Origin: Candidatus Heimdallarchaeota archaeon
GTDB lineage: Archaea > Asgardarchaeota > Heimdallarchaeia > Heimdallarchaeales > Heimdallarchaeaceae
NCBI GenBank assembly: GCA_021399345.1
Contig: JAAFKI010000182.1
Location: forward strand, 9,937 to 73,936
Length of the DNA: 64,000 bases
Reading direction: 5' to 3'
The notes under the pieces: generated by a model
What the model was told of the DNA's origin: nothing
Database searches by the model: none
Seen by the model: the letters and a program-made list of their open reading frames with translations, nothing else
Program-made: the position numbers and the translations under genes
Shown: positions 12,735-22,345 of the stretch, one piece after another
Layout of the letters: the number at the start of each line of letters is the position of its first letter
Numbering within the stretch: the stretch's first letter is position 1

Positions 12735-12769
12735 AAAAAAGGGTGTGATGAAGGTCAATCACAAACCCT
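12735..12769 (-). terminator. Hairpin plus U-tract terminator downstream of the PLP-enzyme gene
   Basis: Minus strand AGGG-TT-TGTGAT-[TGACCTTC]-ATCACA-CCCT-TTTTT about 20 nt after the stop at 12790. Confidence 0.55.
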
Positions 12770-12789
12770 CAGATTTGTGCTCGAAAACT

Positions 12790-14268
12790 TCAAAGTTTCT
12801 CTACCTTTTCATTAAAAGATACAATTAACTCGTCTATTGGATTCACTGAATTTTGAATTGATTCCCAATAATTGGGTTCGTACCACTGAGCATTGAGCTC
12901 ATCTAGATCTCTGGTTTGTTGTTCAATCCAGGTATAATACTTCAAATGATGAATTCTTTTTCTTTGTAAGTAATTAAGTTCAAGCATGTTATCTGTTCTT
13001 TGCCCTGCAAGATTTGAATGAAAGGTACGTAATGCATCATCGCTAGTAAAAACTCCTTGTCCCTTGTTCATTTCAAACAATCTTGATTGATAGAGCTCCA
13101 TTGAATCAGTAAAAACTGTAACAACTACATCTTTGTCAGTTAGTTCGAAATATTTTGCGTATTTTATAGCCATTAACATGTTAGCTATACTTGATATCCC
13201 CAATAAATGCAATTGATCAATTATCTCATCTGATACTCCTTGTTCTCGCAGATACTTATGACCAGCAGGTTCGTTAAATAGTCTCATGATTTGTTGTGTA
13301 TCTTTATCATCGATTGCAATTACTAAATCCGTGTTCCTCACATTATGAATCCAGGGGATATGTTTGTCACCTATACCTTCAATTGTGTGAGCTCCATACC
13401 CGTTCATTAACATTGTTGGGCACTGAAGAGCTTCGCCTGCTACAACCTTCATCTGAGGATAGATCTTTTTGAGAAAATCACCACATGCAAGGGTTCCTGC
13501 TGAACCTGTGGTTAAAACCAAACCATGTAGGTTATCGCCTTTTAATTCTGTGTCTAAGGTTTCTTTTATTGCATTTCCAGTAACATCATAATGCCACAGA
13601 TAATTCCCAAACTCATCAAACTGGTTGAAAACAAAGATATTATCTCTAGTTCTCTTTAATTCCCAAACCTTATCGAAGATTTCCTTAACATTACTCTCAC
13701 TCCCTGGTGTTTTAATTACTTCTCCTGCAACTGATTTAAGCCATTCAAATCTTTCTGTAGACATTTCTTCAGGGAGGATCGCTATAGATTCACAAGAAAG
13801 GAGAGTTGAATCATATGCACCACCTCTACAGTAATTTCCAGTACTTGGCCAAACTGCTTGATGTATTACAGGATTAAACTGACCAGTTACCAAACGAGGT
13901 ACTAAGCATCCAAAAGTTGCACCAACTTTGTGTGCACCTGTTGGGAAGTATTTACCTACTAAGGCTATAATTCGCGCTTCTACTCCTGTTAATTCAGGAG
14001 GTAATTCAATATAATTGACACCATCGAAACCTCCTCCTTTAACTATGGGTTCATTTTTCCAGGTAATTCTAAATAAGTTCCTAGGATGTACATCCCATAG
14101 ACCTATTTCTTTAAGTTCTTCTAACACTAATGAAGGTACAAGTTTTGGATTTTTTTGTTGAGCGAAAGTGGGTATTATAATATTTTTTTCTTTAGCTCTT
14201 TTGACTGATTCTTCCAAATGTTTGCTGTCAACAGATAAATCTATCATGAGTTTAAACAACAGATACAA
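12790..14268 (-). CDS. PLP-dependent enzyme, fold type II (cysteine synthase/TrpB-like family)
   Basis: FPTGAHKVG (Schiff-base Lys), PSTGNYCRGG, NQFDEFGN, TGSAGT, IEGIGDKHIPW. Confidence 0.85.
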   Translation of the reverse strand: MYLLFKLMIDLSVDSKHLEESVKRAKEKNIIIPTFAQQKNPKLVPSLVLEELKEIGLWDVHPRNLFRITWKNEPIVKGGGFDGVNYIELPPELTGVEARIIALVGKYFPTGAHKVGATFGCLVPRLVTGQFNPVIHQAVWPSTGNYCRGGAYDSTLLSCESIAILPEEMSTERFEWLKSVAGEVIKTPGSESNVKEIFDKVWELKRTRDNIFVFNQFDEFGNYLWHYDVTGNAIKETLDTELKGDNLHGLVLTTGSAGTLACGDFLKKIYPQMKVVAGEALQCPTMLMNGYGAHTIEGIGDKHIPWIHNVRNTDLVIAIDDKDTQQIMRLFNEPAGHKYLREQGVSDEIIDQLHLLGISSIANMLMAIKYAKYFELTDKDVVVTVFTDSMELYQSRLFEMNKGQGVFTSDDALRTFHSNLAGQRTDNMLELNYLQRKRIHHLKYYTWIEQQTRDLDELNAQWYEPNYWESIQNSVNPIDELIVSFNEKVEKL

Positions 14269-14494
14269 TCTTTTTAATTTTTGGGCATTGTACTCTTCTT
14301 CAAAATTTCCGAGAAAAAGAAGTTAGATTCTTAATTGTCTCGGTAAAGTTAACCTGGTAAATACTATACTTACAGGTAAGCTCAAGATAAGAGGTTTAAA
14401 ATGTATTATCAAACTCACTAAATTCTTCGAATTATTAAGATAAAAACTTCCTCTTTCCCAATTCTTTATTTATAAGCTAAAAAAACCATACTCT

Positions 14495-15394
14495 ATGGTC
14501 AGTCTTAGAGCTAAATTTTTCATAAAAATAATGAAATTGATGTCTCTGAAAGAAGAGGGTGTTTTAGATATTGAGAAACAGCGTAAAGATCTTGAGAATA
14601 ATGTGTTTTTATTTAAGAAACCGAGAAAAATGAAGGTTCGAAGTCTGGAAATAAATGGAATTTCAGCTGAATGGTTACATCAGAAAGACCAAATCGAAGA
14701 TAGAGCAATTTTATATTTGCATGGTGGATCATATAATGCTGGATCTCTGAATACCCATAGAAGTCTCGCTGCTAGAATTGGTAAAGTATCAAGTTCTCCT
14801 GTCTTGTCAATTGATTATCGTCTTGCTCCAGAAAATCCCTTTCCAGCAGCTTTGGAAGATGCGGTGTCAGCTTATATTTGGTTAATTGAGCATAAAAATA
14901 TTAAACCAAATAAAATAGCTATTGCAGGAGACTCTGCAGGAGGGGGATTGACATTATCAACTTTGCTTAAACTGCGTGAAGAAGAAAAAACTCTACCAGC
15001 TTGTGCAATTGGTTTATCACCTTGGACTGACTTGGCGTTAACTGGAGATTCAATTAAAACTAAAGCAGATGTTGACATTATGCTTACTGAAAATGAAGGA
15101 GAACAATCTGCCGAACTATATTTGAAAGATATAGATCGGAAACATCCATTAGCCTCTTCTCTCTATGCAGATTTGAAAGGTTTACCTCCTCTGCTCATTC
15201 AAACTGGTACAGCTGAAATTATACTCGATGATTCAACTCGCTTTGCAGAAAAAGCTGAAAAAGATGGTGTTAAAGTTATACTAGATTTATGGCCTGGTAT
15301 GTTTCATGTTTTTCAGATTTTCGGTAATCTAATGCCTGAGAGTAAAAAGGCTTTAGAAAAAATAGGGGATTTCATAAAAGAAACAATGCAATAA
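14495..15394 (+). CDS. Alpha/beta hydrolase, HSL-family esterase/lipase
   Basis: LYLHGGSY, DYRLAPENPFPAALED, GDSAGG, WPGMFHVF. Confidence 0.93.
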   Translation: MVSLRAKFFIKIMKLMSLKEEGVLDIEKQRKDLENNVFLFKKPRKMKVRSLEINGISAEWLHQKDQIEDRAILYLHGGSYNAGSLNTHRSLAARIGKVSSSPVLSIDYRLAPENPFPAALEDAVSAYIWLIEHKNIKPNKIAIAGDSAGGGLTLSTLLKLREEEKTLPACAIGLSPWTDLALTGDSIKTKADVDIMLTENEGEQSAELYLKDIDRKHPLASSLYADLKGLPPLLIQTGTAEIILDDSTRFAEKAEKDGVKVILDLWPGMFHVFQIFGNLMPESKKALEKIGDFIKETMQ

Positions 15395-15425
15395 GAACTA
15401 ATATGAGATTTCGAATTTCTTTTAT

Positions 15426-16526
15426 TTGAATGAAATAATGATGCTTATGGAAAGGCAATCTATATCTGGTATAGATTTATCAGAAAGGTTCTATTATGAA
15501 GTAGTAAAGAGTATGGTGGAAACTGAATTTCCTGATTTAAAGTATGCTGCAGCTTTAGTTGGACAAGGATCTGAAGTTATAGGTTTGGATGACGAAATCT
15601 CTAAAGATCATGATTGGGGATTAAGATTATTTCTATTTATTGAGGAATCAAAATATAATTCTCTTAATGAAATCTTGATTGATATGTTCAGTGAAAGATT
15701 ACCTTATTCTTTTCTTGGATATTCAACTAATTGGGTTTTTAATGAAGATAAAACCATGAGACCCGCCTTTATAGAAGAAGGGAAAGTACGACATCGAATT
15801 GAAATCTATTCCGTGACTTCATATCTCAAGAAAATCTTGGTTCTTGATTCTCTAGAACTCTCAGAAAAGGATTGGTTAGTTTTACCAGAACAGAAATTAC
15901 TTGAGTTTACATCTGGAAAAATCTTTTTTGATAACCTAGGAGAATTAACGGTAGCTAGATCAAAACTTAGTTATTTCCCTGATAATGTCTGGAAATACAA
16001 AATTCTTTCACAATGGAATCGTATCTCACAAGAAATCGCTTTTGTTGGGAGAACAAGATTACTTGGTGATGAGCTAGGAACAAGAATTGAAGCTTCTAGA
16101 TTGGTGAGATTGCTTATAGAAATGGCCTTTATTCTAAAGAGAAGATTTGTACCATACTCTAAATGGTTAACAACTGTCTTTCAACAGCTACCAATTGCGA
16201 AGAAATTGTATCCATTATTATTGGATATTATGAAGGAAACTGAAGGTGAAAACAGAGAACAAAAACTGTGTGAAGCCTATTTACTAATCTTAGAAGAACA
16301 AAACAAACTGAAAATTTCACCTGAGATTGAAGGTGAAATAAAACCGTTCCATACTAGACCCATAATGATAATCAATGTTGATGATATAATTACTGAGTTG
16401 GAGAAGATAATTGAAACTCCTTTGAAGGATCTGAAACAAATAGGTTCGATTGATCAATTTGTAGACTGTACAGATATACAAAGTAACTCTGAACTAGCAA
16501 AAAATACTAAGGGATTTTTTGATTGA
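15426..16526 (+). CDS. DUF4037-domain protein (nucleotidyltransferase-like)
   Basis: AAALVGQGSEVIGLDDEISKDHDWG, WLVLPEQKLLEFTSGKIFFD, PYSKW. Confidence 0.82.
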   Translation: MNEIMMLMERQSISGIDLSERFYYEVVKSMVETEFPDLKYAAALVGQGSEVIGLDDEISKDHDWGLRLFLFIEESKYNSLNEILIDMFSERLPYSFLGYSTNWVFNEDKTMRPAFIEEGKVRHRIEIYSVTSYLKKILVLDSLELSEKDWLVLPEQKLLEFTSGKIFFDNLGELTVARSKLSYFPDNVWKYKILSQWNRISQEIAFVGRTRLLGDELGTRIEASRLVRLLIEMAFILKRRFVPYSKWLTTVFQQLPIAKKLYPLLLDIMKETEGENREQKLCEAYLLILEEQNKLKISPEIEGEIKPFHTRPIMIINVDDIITELEKIIETPLKDLKQIGSIDQFVDCTDIQSNSELAKNTKGFFD

Positions 16527-17999
16527 TTATTTCAGAATCCCTATACGTACATTTTCAAATCTGGTAGGTGCAATTCCATGACCTACATAAGCGGCTTGCC
16601 CAGGTTCCCCTTTACCACAATTTGGTGTACCAAATGTCTTCCAGTGCTTCTTACTACATATTCCACTGACGCCTCCCCAGAATTCTGGTGTAATTCCCTC
16701 GTAAGTTGGATTTTTAATCATCTCTGTCATTTCTCCGTTTTCTATTCTCCAACCTATTTCTGTTCCGAACTGGAAATTCATTCTTATATCATCAATACTC
16801 CAGCTTCTATTGGTATCTAAGAAATAACCATCTTTTGTATCTGCTATAAGTTCATCAAAGTCCCAATCTCCTGGTTCTAGATTGACATTAGTCATACGTA
16901 CAAGAGGTATTCGATCATGTCCCATAGATCTGGCAGCTCCAGAACTTCTATCTTGACCAATTGCTTTAGCAGTTTCTCTTGAAGACATGAAGTCAACAAA
17001 TATTCCTTTGTCAACCATAATTGTGCGTTGTGCCTTTACTCCCTCATGATCATAGTAGAAAGTACCTAAACTACCCGGAATAGTTGCATCAGCTACCATA
17101 GTCACTAATTCATTTCCATATTTGAAGTTGGTTCCGATGAGTTCTGGTACAAGAAAGCTTGTACCAGCATAAGCTGCCTCATACCCTATAGCTCTATCGA
17201 GTTCAGTTGGATGACCACAACTCTCATGCACTTGTAGTGCTAATTGTGAATGTCCCAGGATAATTGTTGATTCACCACTTGGCATTTTCTTTGCATTCAG
17301 CAATTGTATTGCTTCTTTTGCAGTTTGTTCTGAAACATCTACAAGATTTAATCCATCAAAATATTCATAACCTTCTGTATGGAAATCTCCTCTAAAACTT
17401 GCTGGAAGACTTCTTGTTTGAGATTCACTTCCTTCTACTGCAGTAGAAGCTACTCCTCCTCCGCACCAGATTATTGTTTGATCTATTTTTGATCCTTCTG
17501 TTGTGTGGAGTACCATATTGTCTTTTCTACCAACGTAATGACTTGATGCAACTTTGATTGTTTCAGAATAATCCTTGGCTCTAATTGAGCTTTCCTCAAG
17601 TATTTCTATCTTGTCTCTTAATTCTACATCAAAAGGATCTCGCTTTACTGGAGTTTTAACCTTATCTTCATAAACAGGTTCATCTGCAAGAACAATATCA
17701 AATTTCTTTACCAAGGATGAAGCCTTAGCAATTTTTACTGCTAATGCAACCAAATCAGTAACTTTTTCTCTAGTTAGTTCATTTGAACTAGCAAAACCCC
17801 AGCTTTTGTTTACAATGCAGCGGATACCAATGCCTTTCTTATCAATTCGATCCAATCTATCAAGCGTTTTATTCTTGAAGGTAATATTTTCCATCAGAGT
17901 ATGCATATATTTAACATCAGCATATTCCACTCTCTTTTCGTTGCAGCATTTAATTCCGTATGCAACTAAATCGGCAATATTATCAGCAGAGTCTCGCAT
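16527..17999 (-). CDS. tldD: TldD metalloprotease
   Basis: QVHESCGHPTELDR, PLVRMTN, NCGKGEPGQ. Confidence 0.92.
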   Translation of the reverse strand: MRDSADNIADLVAYGIKCCNEKRVEYADVKYMHTLMENITFKNKTLDRLDRIDKKGIGIRCIVNKSWGFASSNELTREKVTDLVALAVKIAKASSLVKKFDIVLADEPVYEDKVKTPVKRDPFDVELRDKIEILEESSIRAKDYSETIKVASSHYVGRKDNMVLHTTEGSKIDQTIIWCGGGVASTAVEGSESQTRSLPASFRGDFHTEGYEYFDGLNLVDVSEQTAKEAIQLLNAKKMPSGESTIILGHSQLALQVHESCGHPTELDRAIGYEAAYAGTSFLVPELIGTNFKYGNELVTMVADATIPGSLGTFYYDHEGVKAQRTIMVDKGIFVDFMSSRETAKAIGQDRSSGAARSMGHDRIPLVRMTNVNLEPGDWDFDELIADTKDGYFLDTNRSWSIDDIRMNFQFGTEIGWRIENGEMTEMIKNPTYEGITPEFWGGVSGICSKKHWKTFGTPNCGKGEPGQAAYVGHGIAPTRFENVRIGILK

Positions 18000-18145
18000 A
18001 ATTTCAAATCTATACTCTTGTTAAAAATCTTTTTCTAAAAAATCAGTCAGAGTCCGCAGAATCAAGAGATTTTATGGTTCAATTTAGTTTTTCAAGAGAA
18101 TCTATTACTTTTTTCCAAAGAAATGAAGAAGATGTGAAAGTTTTT

Positions 18146-19354
18146 TTACGCAAAATTTTCTATCAAAACCTCATATATTATATTTGCATAATCAATTACT
18201 TCTTGTTTCTCAGTGTATTCATCAGTTACATGTAATTGATCAAACTTCCCTGGCCCCATAATTACGAAAGGTGTATTATATTCAGGAACTAGCATCGCTC
18301 CGTCAGTTCCATAATTTACTCCAATAATATTCTTTTTACCTACTGATATAGCTTTTTTCCTCATGGCTTCAAAAAATTGATTTTTTTCTGTTAGTTCAAT
18401 TGCAGGAATTTCATGCATAATTTCAATTTCAGCTTGTGCCTTATTACCTCTATTGAAAGCTTTCACTAAATTTTCTAATCCACTTTTTACACTCTCTCTT
18501 AAACTATCAGCTACTAATCTATAATCACATCTGAATTCACAGTATTCTGGAACCACATTGATTAGAGTTCCACCTGATATTTTTCCAATATTCAAAGTTG
18601 ATTTTCCGAGAATTTCGTGTTCATATTCGGGAATAATTTCTTTCATTTTTTGGATTAATTGTGCTGCAGCCTCAATTGCATTAATTCCTAGATGAGGAGT
18701 AGAACCATGTGCAGATTCTCCCTTTACCTTAATTTTAACCCACAAAGTCCCTTTTTCAGCTATTCCGACCTGTAATTCTGTTGGCTCACCTATTATAAGG
18801 AAAGAACATCCCTCCATAATTCCACTATCTTTTGCTACTAGAGCACCGTCCATTCCTATTTCTTCGTCAGCAGTCCCAAGAAAGATGATTTTTTGATTTA
18901 GTTTTACTTGATTCTCTTTTAATTTCTTCATAACAGCAACGAAAGCAGCTACTGCACCCTTCATATCTGTAGATCCCCTGCCATAAATTCTTCCTTCATG
19001 TTCTTTTGCTTCAAAAGGAGGAAATCCCCATTTTTTTTCATCACCCGCAGGCACTGTATCTAAATGGCCTGACAAGATGATAGTATCTTTCCCTTCACCA
19101 AATTCTGTGATGATGTTAGCTTTTCCTTCAGAATATTCTTGGATTCGACTTTCAATCCCAACTTCTTGAAATTCTTTTACTAGATAATTAGCAGCTTCTA
19201 TTGTTTTCCCTGGAGGATTTTCTGTTTTTATTTGTACTAATTTTTTTAAAATAGGTATAACGTCACTTTCTGATATGTTCATCTTACTCATGAAATCTAT
19301 TTTAATACATGTTTTTAATTTTTCACCTTTGGTAACAAACAGCTGTATTTTCAT
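18146..19354 (-). CDS. M20 metallopeptidase/deacylase (ArgE/DapE family); true start probably MSKMNISE
   Basis: SGHLDTVP, GRGSTDMKG, ADEEIG, IGEPT, AHGSTPHLGINAI, QLHVTDE. Confidence 0.92.
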   Translation of the reverse strand: MKIQLFVTKGEKLKTCIKIDFMSKMNISESDVIPILKKLVQIKTENPPGKTIEAANYLVKEFQEVGIESRIQEYSEGKANIITEFGEGKDTIILSGHLDTVPAGDEKKWGFPPFEAKEHEGRIYGRGSTDMKGAVAAFVAVMKKLKENQVKLNQKIIFLGTADEEIGMDGALVAKDSGIMEGCSFLIIGEPTELQVGIAEKGTLWVKIKVKGESAHGSTPHLGINAIEAAAQLIQKMKEIIPEYEHEILGKSTLNIGKISGGTLINVVPEYCEFRCDYRLVADSLRESVKSGLENLVKAFNRGNKAQAEIEIMHEIPAIELTEKNQFFEAMRKKAISVGKKNIIGVNYGTDGAMLVPEYNTPFVIMGPGKFDQLHVTDEYTEKQEVIDYANIIYEVLIENFA

Positions 19355-19401
19355 AGATACTTTAGCAATGTTTAGATAGATTATTACAATATAATAATTG
19401 T

Positions 19402-20391
19402 ATGGATGAACAAGAAGAAATTAGAGACTATCTATCTGAATCCTCCAGAAGAATGGTTTTATCACAGATTATTTCCTATTCAAAAGCAGTATCTGCATCA
19501 GAACTATTAGATAACTTACCTATAAAAAACAGGAGTACTTTGTATAACATCTTAGATAGATTAACCGAATTAAACCTAATAACAAGAAGAGAGGTTAAAT
19601 TTGGGGGCTCAAACAGAGTATTCTATTCTCCAAACCATGAACTCATTTCAGGTGATTATTTTAGAAACCTGTTGCTAGAGTTTAAAGATCTTGAAAGACC
19701 ATCAATATTGACTTTAGATTTTAAATATACATGGGAAGATTTTCCTGAATGCTTAATTACCGGAAATTCACTTCGATTAGCCATTGTTTTTGGATCTTGG
19801 ATGACTGAAGCTGCAAATACTATTGATGCACTCAATGTTCCTGAAATATCTCAGACACTGTCTTATTGGGCTTACAGAAACAAGAAAATACCTCTTGATA
19901 ATATTATAATTGATTCTTTACTAGACTATCAAACAGGACATGCAAAGAATGAGAATATGTTGGTAATAGGTTCGGGAGCTGTAAATAGAATTACTTCTGA
20001 AATTATGAAACTTTATGGAAACAGTTTACCTGTGAAATTTCTAACCCCCTCAAGTAAGAGTATCTATAGTAAATTAACAGATATTACTTACAGTGAAGAA
20101 TCACCTGTAGGATTACTTTCAGGGTTACTTGCTCTTTTACCGAATCCCTGGGATAAATCTAAAGTGATAATTTTATGTGCGGGGTCAAAAAATGTGGGTA
20201 CTCAAGCTGCATTAAAAGCCCTACTAGACGATATTAAAGCAGCAATATCAATGGACACTAAAGTTATATCAAACCATAGTAAGTTTCCTAAAATTCCTGT
20301 AAGAGTTATTAAAGCAGAAGGTGAAGACCTTCTAACAAAAATGATTCAACAAAAAAGTCCTAAAATTCAACAATATAGTTTTGTGGAATGA
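19402..20391 (+). CDS. Winged-HTH protein fused to an alpha/beta domain resembling archaeal S-layer C-terminal domains
   Basis: N-terminal RSTLYNILDRLTELNLI...RVFY wHTH; C-terminal NMLVIGSGAVNRIT...LPNPWD.SKVIILCAGS...GTQAA. Confidence 0.6.
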   Translation: MDEQEEIRDYLSESSRRMVLSQIISYSKAVSASELLDNLPIKNRSTLYNILDRLTELNLITRREVKFGGSNRVFYSPNHELISGDYFRNLLLEFKDLERPSILTLDFKYTWEDFPECLITGNSLRLAIVFGSWMTEAANTIDALNVPEISQTLSYWAYRNKKIPLDNIIIDSLLDYQTGHAKNENMLVIGSGAVNRITSEIMKLYGNSLPVKFLTPSSKSIYSKLTDITYSEESPVGLLSGLLALLPNPWDKSKVIILCAGSKNVGTQAALKALLDDIKAAISMDTKVISNHSKFPKIPVRVIKAEGEDLLTKMIQQKSPKIQQYSFVE

Positions 20392-20432
20392 AGCTCTATT
20401 CCTCCCTTACTCTTCCTAAGAGTCTTATTACA

Positions 20433-22052
20433 CTAAGATACATTGTTTTTGTCTATTGTCAGTGCTTTGAAATTTTTTGGTCTGAATATTGTATAAATAA
20501 TCATCCCAATCGCAATCAATACAGATGCAATGTAAAAGGTTATTCTATATGCATATGAATCAGTATTTCCTGAACCTATCAAAATAGTGGTGATTGGTCT
20601 GGAAATGAAGGCCATTAAAACAGCTAAACCAACGGTAAATATACCAACAGATGAAAAGAAAATTGGTTTTCCTCTTTGCTTCAATTTCATCATTTTATCT
20701 ACGAGCAAATAGAAAAGAATACCTAAAATAATTAGACTAATGATGGTATAGAACATGATAATAGCAAAGTTTGAATTAACTAAAGCGTCTGCAATGGGTC
20801 CTGTTAGCATTGTACCTCCCATACCCCACGAAAGATAGAAAGCAGCATTATAATATCCCATCATTCTTCCTCGCTTTTCAACTGGAACAACTCGGTTTAC
20901 CATTGAGTATGCTGTTGTTTGTATCCAAACTCGTGAAGTACCTTTAAGAGCCATATAAACGAAGAATATTGTTATTGATGGAACAATAGGTAGAAGGATT
21001 GTGCCTATAAATGCAAATAGGAAACCAATGAGAAGCATATTCCCATCACCGAGTTTACGTGTTAGATAGCCAATTACTAAACCACTAATAATAATAGCAA
21101 TACTACTCGTATTCCGTAAACCAGCAACAACAGAATCTGAAGCTCTGAAAGTATCTGGAAGTCTAACATGAATCTGTATCATTTGATTAACACTATTGCC
21201 ACCAATATTCACAATTGCTAATACTACTATTAGCCAGATGAATAATTTCAAAGGCCAATTTGAATTGAGTTTTTTATTCGAATTTTTCTTATCACTAAGA
21301 GATAATTGTTCATCTTTTTTATCTATTTTTTGGAAATAATCTTCTTCCAAATCTGCATATGATTCTGGTATCATAAACAAAGCAGCGATACTAAAAATCA
21401 TTATACCTGATGAAACATAAAATAAACTACCTGACCAGAAACCAAGGCCATCTTGATACAAGAATCCACTCGCTGTTACTCCTAAAACGTTTCCAATTCC
21501 ACCTACAAATTGTAATAATCCCATTGTTCTACTTCTCTCAGATTCCCTTGTCAGATCGGCAATTAAAGTAGTCCAACCTAAATTACTACTACTCCAACCA
21601 GCTTCGATTATTGTGAAACCGAAAATAATTATGTAGGCTGAAAGCCGTAAAATTCTTGGTATAAGGTTTGCATCATAAGTAGCTGCAGTATCAATAATTC
21701 CTACTAGATCTGTTTGTGAGAATAAAACATCCCCTATATGGCCGATTCCAGCTTTCCCTTTGTTTACGCTATTGTGAATCCAGAATACAGCTAAATAACC
21801 AACAGCGGCAAACACTTCTCCAAAGACAATTAACAGTCTTCTTTTTTTGAATTTATCAGATATTCTACCCCAAATAGCTGATTGTGCAATTATATTCGCA
21901 ATCATTGGTAGAGTAGCAAATAGAGTCATTTCTGTATTTGAGACACCTAGAAACTCCTTCAGGTAAATGCTAAGAAAGAAGTAAAATATGCCTCTTCTGA
22001 ACATAGCCATTATCTGAAATATAGAAAGACTAGCGAAGTGTTTTTTCTTCAT
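20433..22052 (-). CDS. MFS transporter
   Basis: Multiple TM segments, WGRISDKFKKRR, VPVEKRGRMMG. Confidence 0.88.
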   Translation of the reverse strand: MKKKHFASLSIFQIMAMFRRGIFYFFLSIYLKEFLGVSNTEMTLFATLPMIANIIAQSAIWGRISDKFKKRRLLIVFGEVFAAVGYLAVFWIHNSVNKGKAGIGHIGDVLFSQTDLVGIIDTAATYDANLIPRILRLSAYIIIFGFTIIEAGWSSSNLGWTTLIADLTRESERSRTMGLLQFVGGIGNVLGVTASGFLYQDGLGFWSGSLFYVSSGIMIFSIAALFMIPESYADLEEDYFQKIDKKDEQLSLSDKKNSNKKLNSNWPLKLFIWLIVVLAIVNIGGNSVNQMIQIHVRLPDTFRASDSVVAGLRNTSSIAIIISGLVIGYLTRKLGDGNMLLIGFLFAFIGTILLPIVPSITIFFVYMALKGTSRVWIQTTAYSMVNRVVPVEKRGRMMGYYNAAFYLSWGMGGTMLTGPIADALVNSNFAIIMFYTIISLIILGILFYLLVDKMMKLKQRGKPIFFSSVGIFTVGLAVLMAFISRPITTILIGSGNTDSYAYRITFYIASVLIAIGMIIYTIFRPKNFKALTIDKNNVS

Positions 22053-22345
22053 TTTGTGGTCCTCTATTATCGTAACAAAGGGTTAATGTCTTTGATTAAA
22101 GTCTGTGGAGCAATAATTGATTATTAATGTTGTGCTTGTTAAAATTACTCTTTGAACGAATTTTTGTACACCTTAAAAATAAATTTGAGTACGTAATAAA
22201 TTTTTTAAATGCATTTATCTTATCTTCCTTGAGGACAATGTTAGGTGAATATGAAACAATTAAATAGCGGTTTTTTAATATCACTACTGTTAAGAAGAAA
22301 AATAGTCCTCTTGAGCAAAATTAGTAATATTTTACAGGTGATAAT

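Noticed and set aside
14341-14380. Three GGTAA repeats and an imperfect IR between the PLP enzyme and esterase genes
   Set aside because: Irregular spacing and too short to support an operator call.
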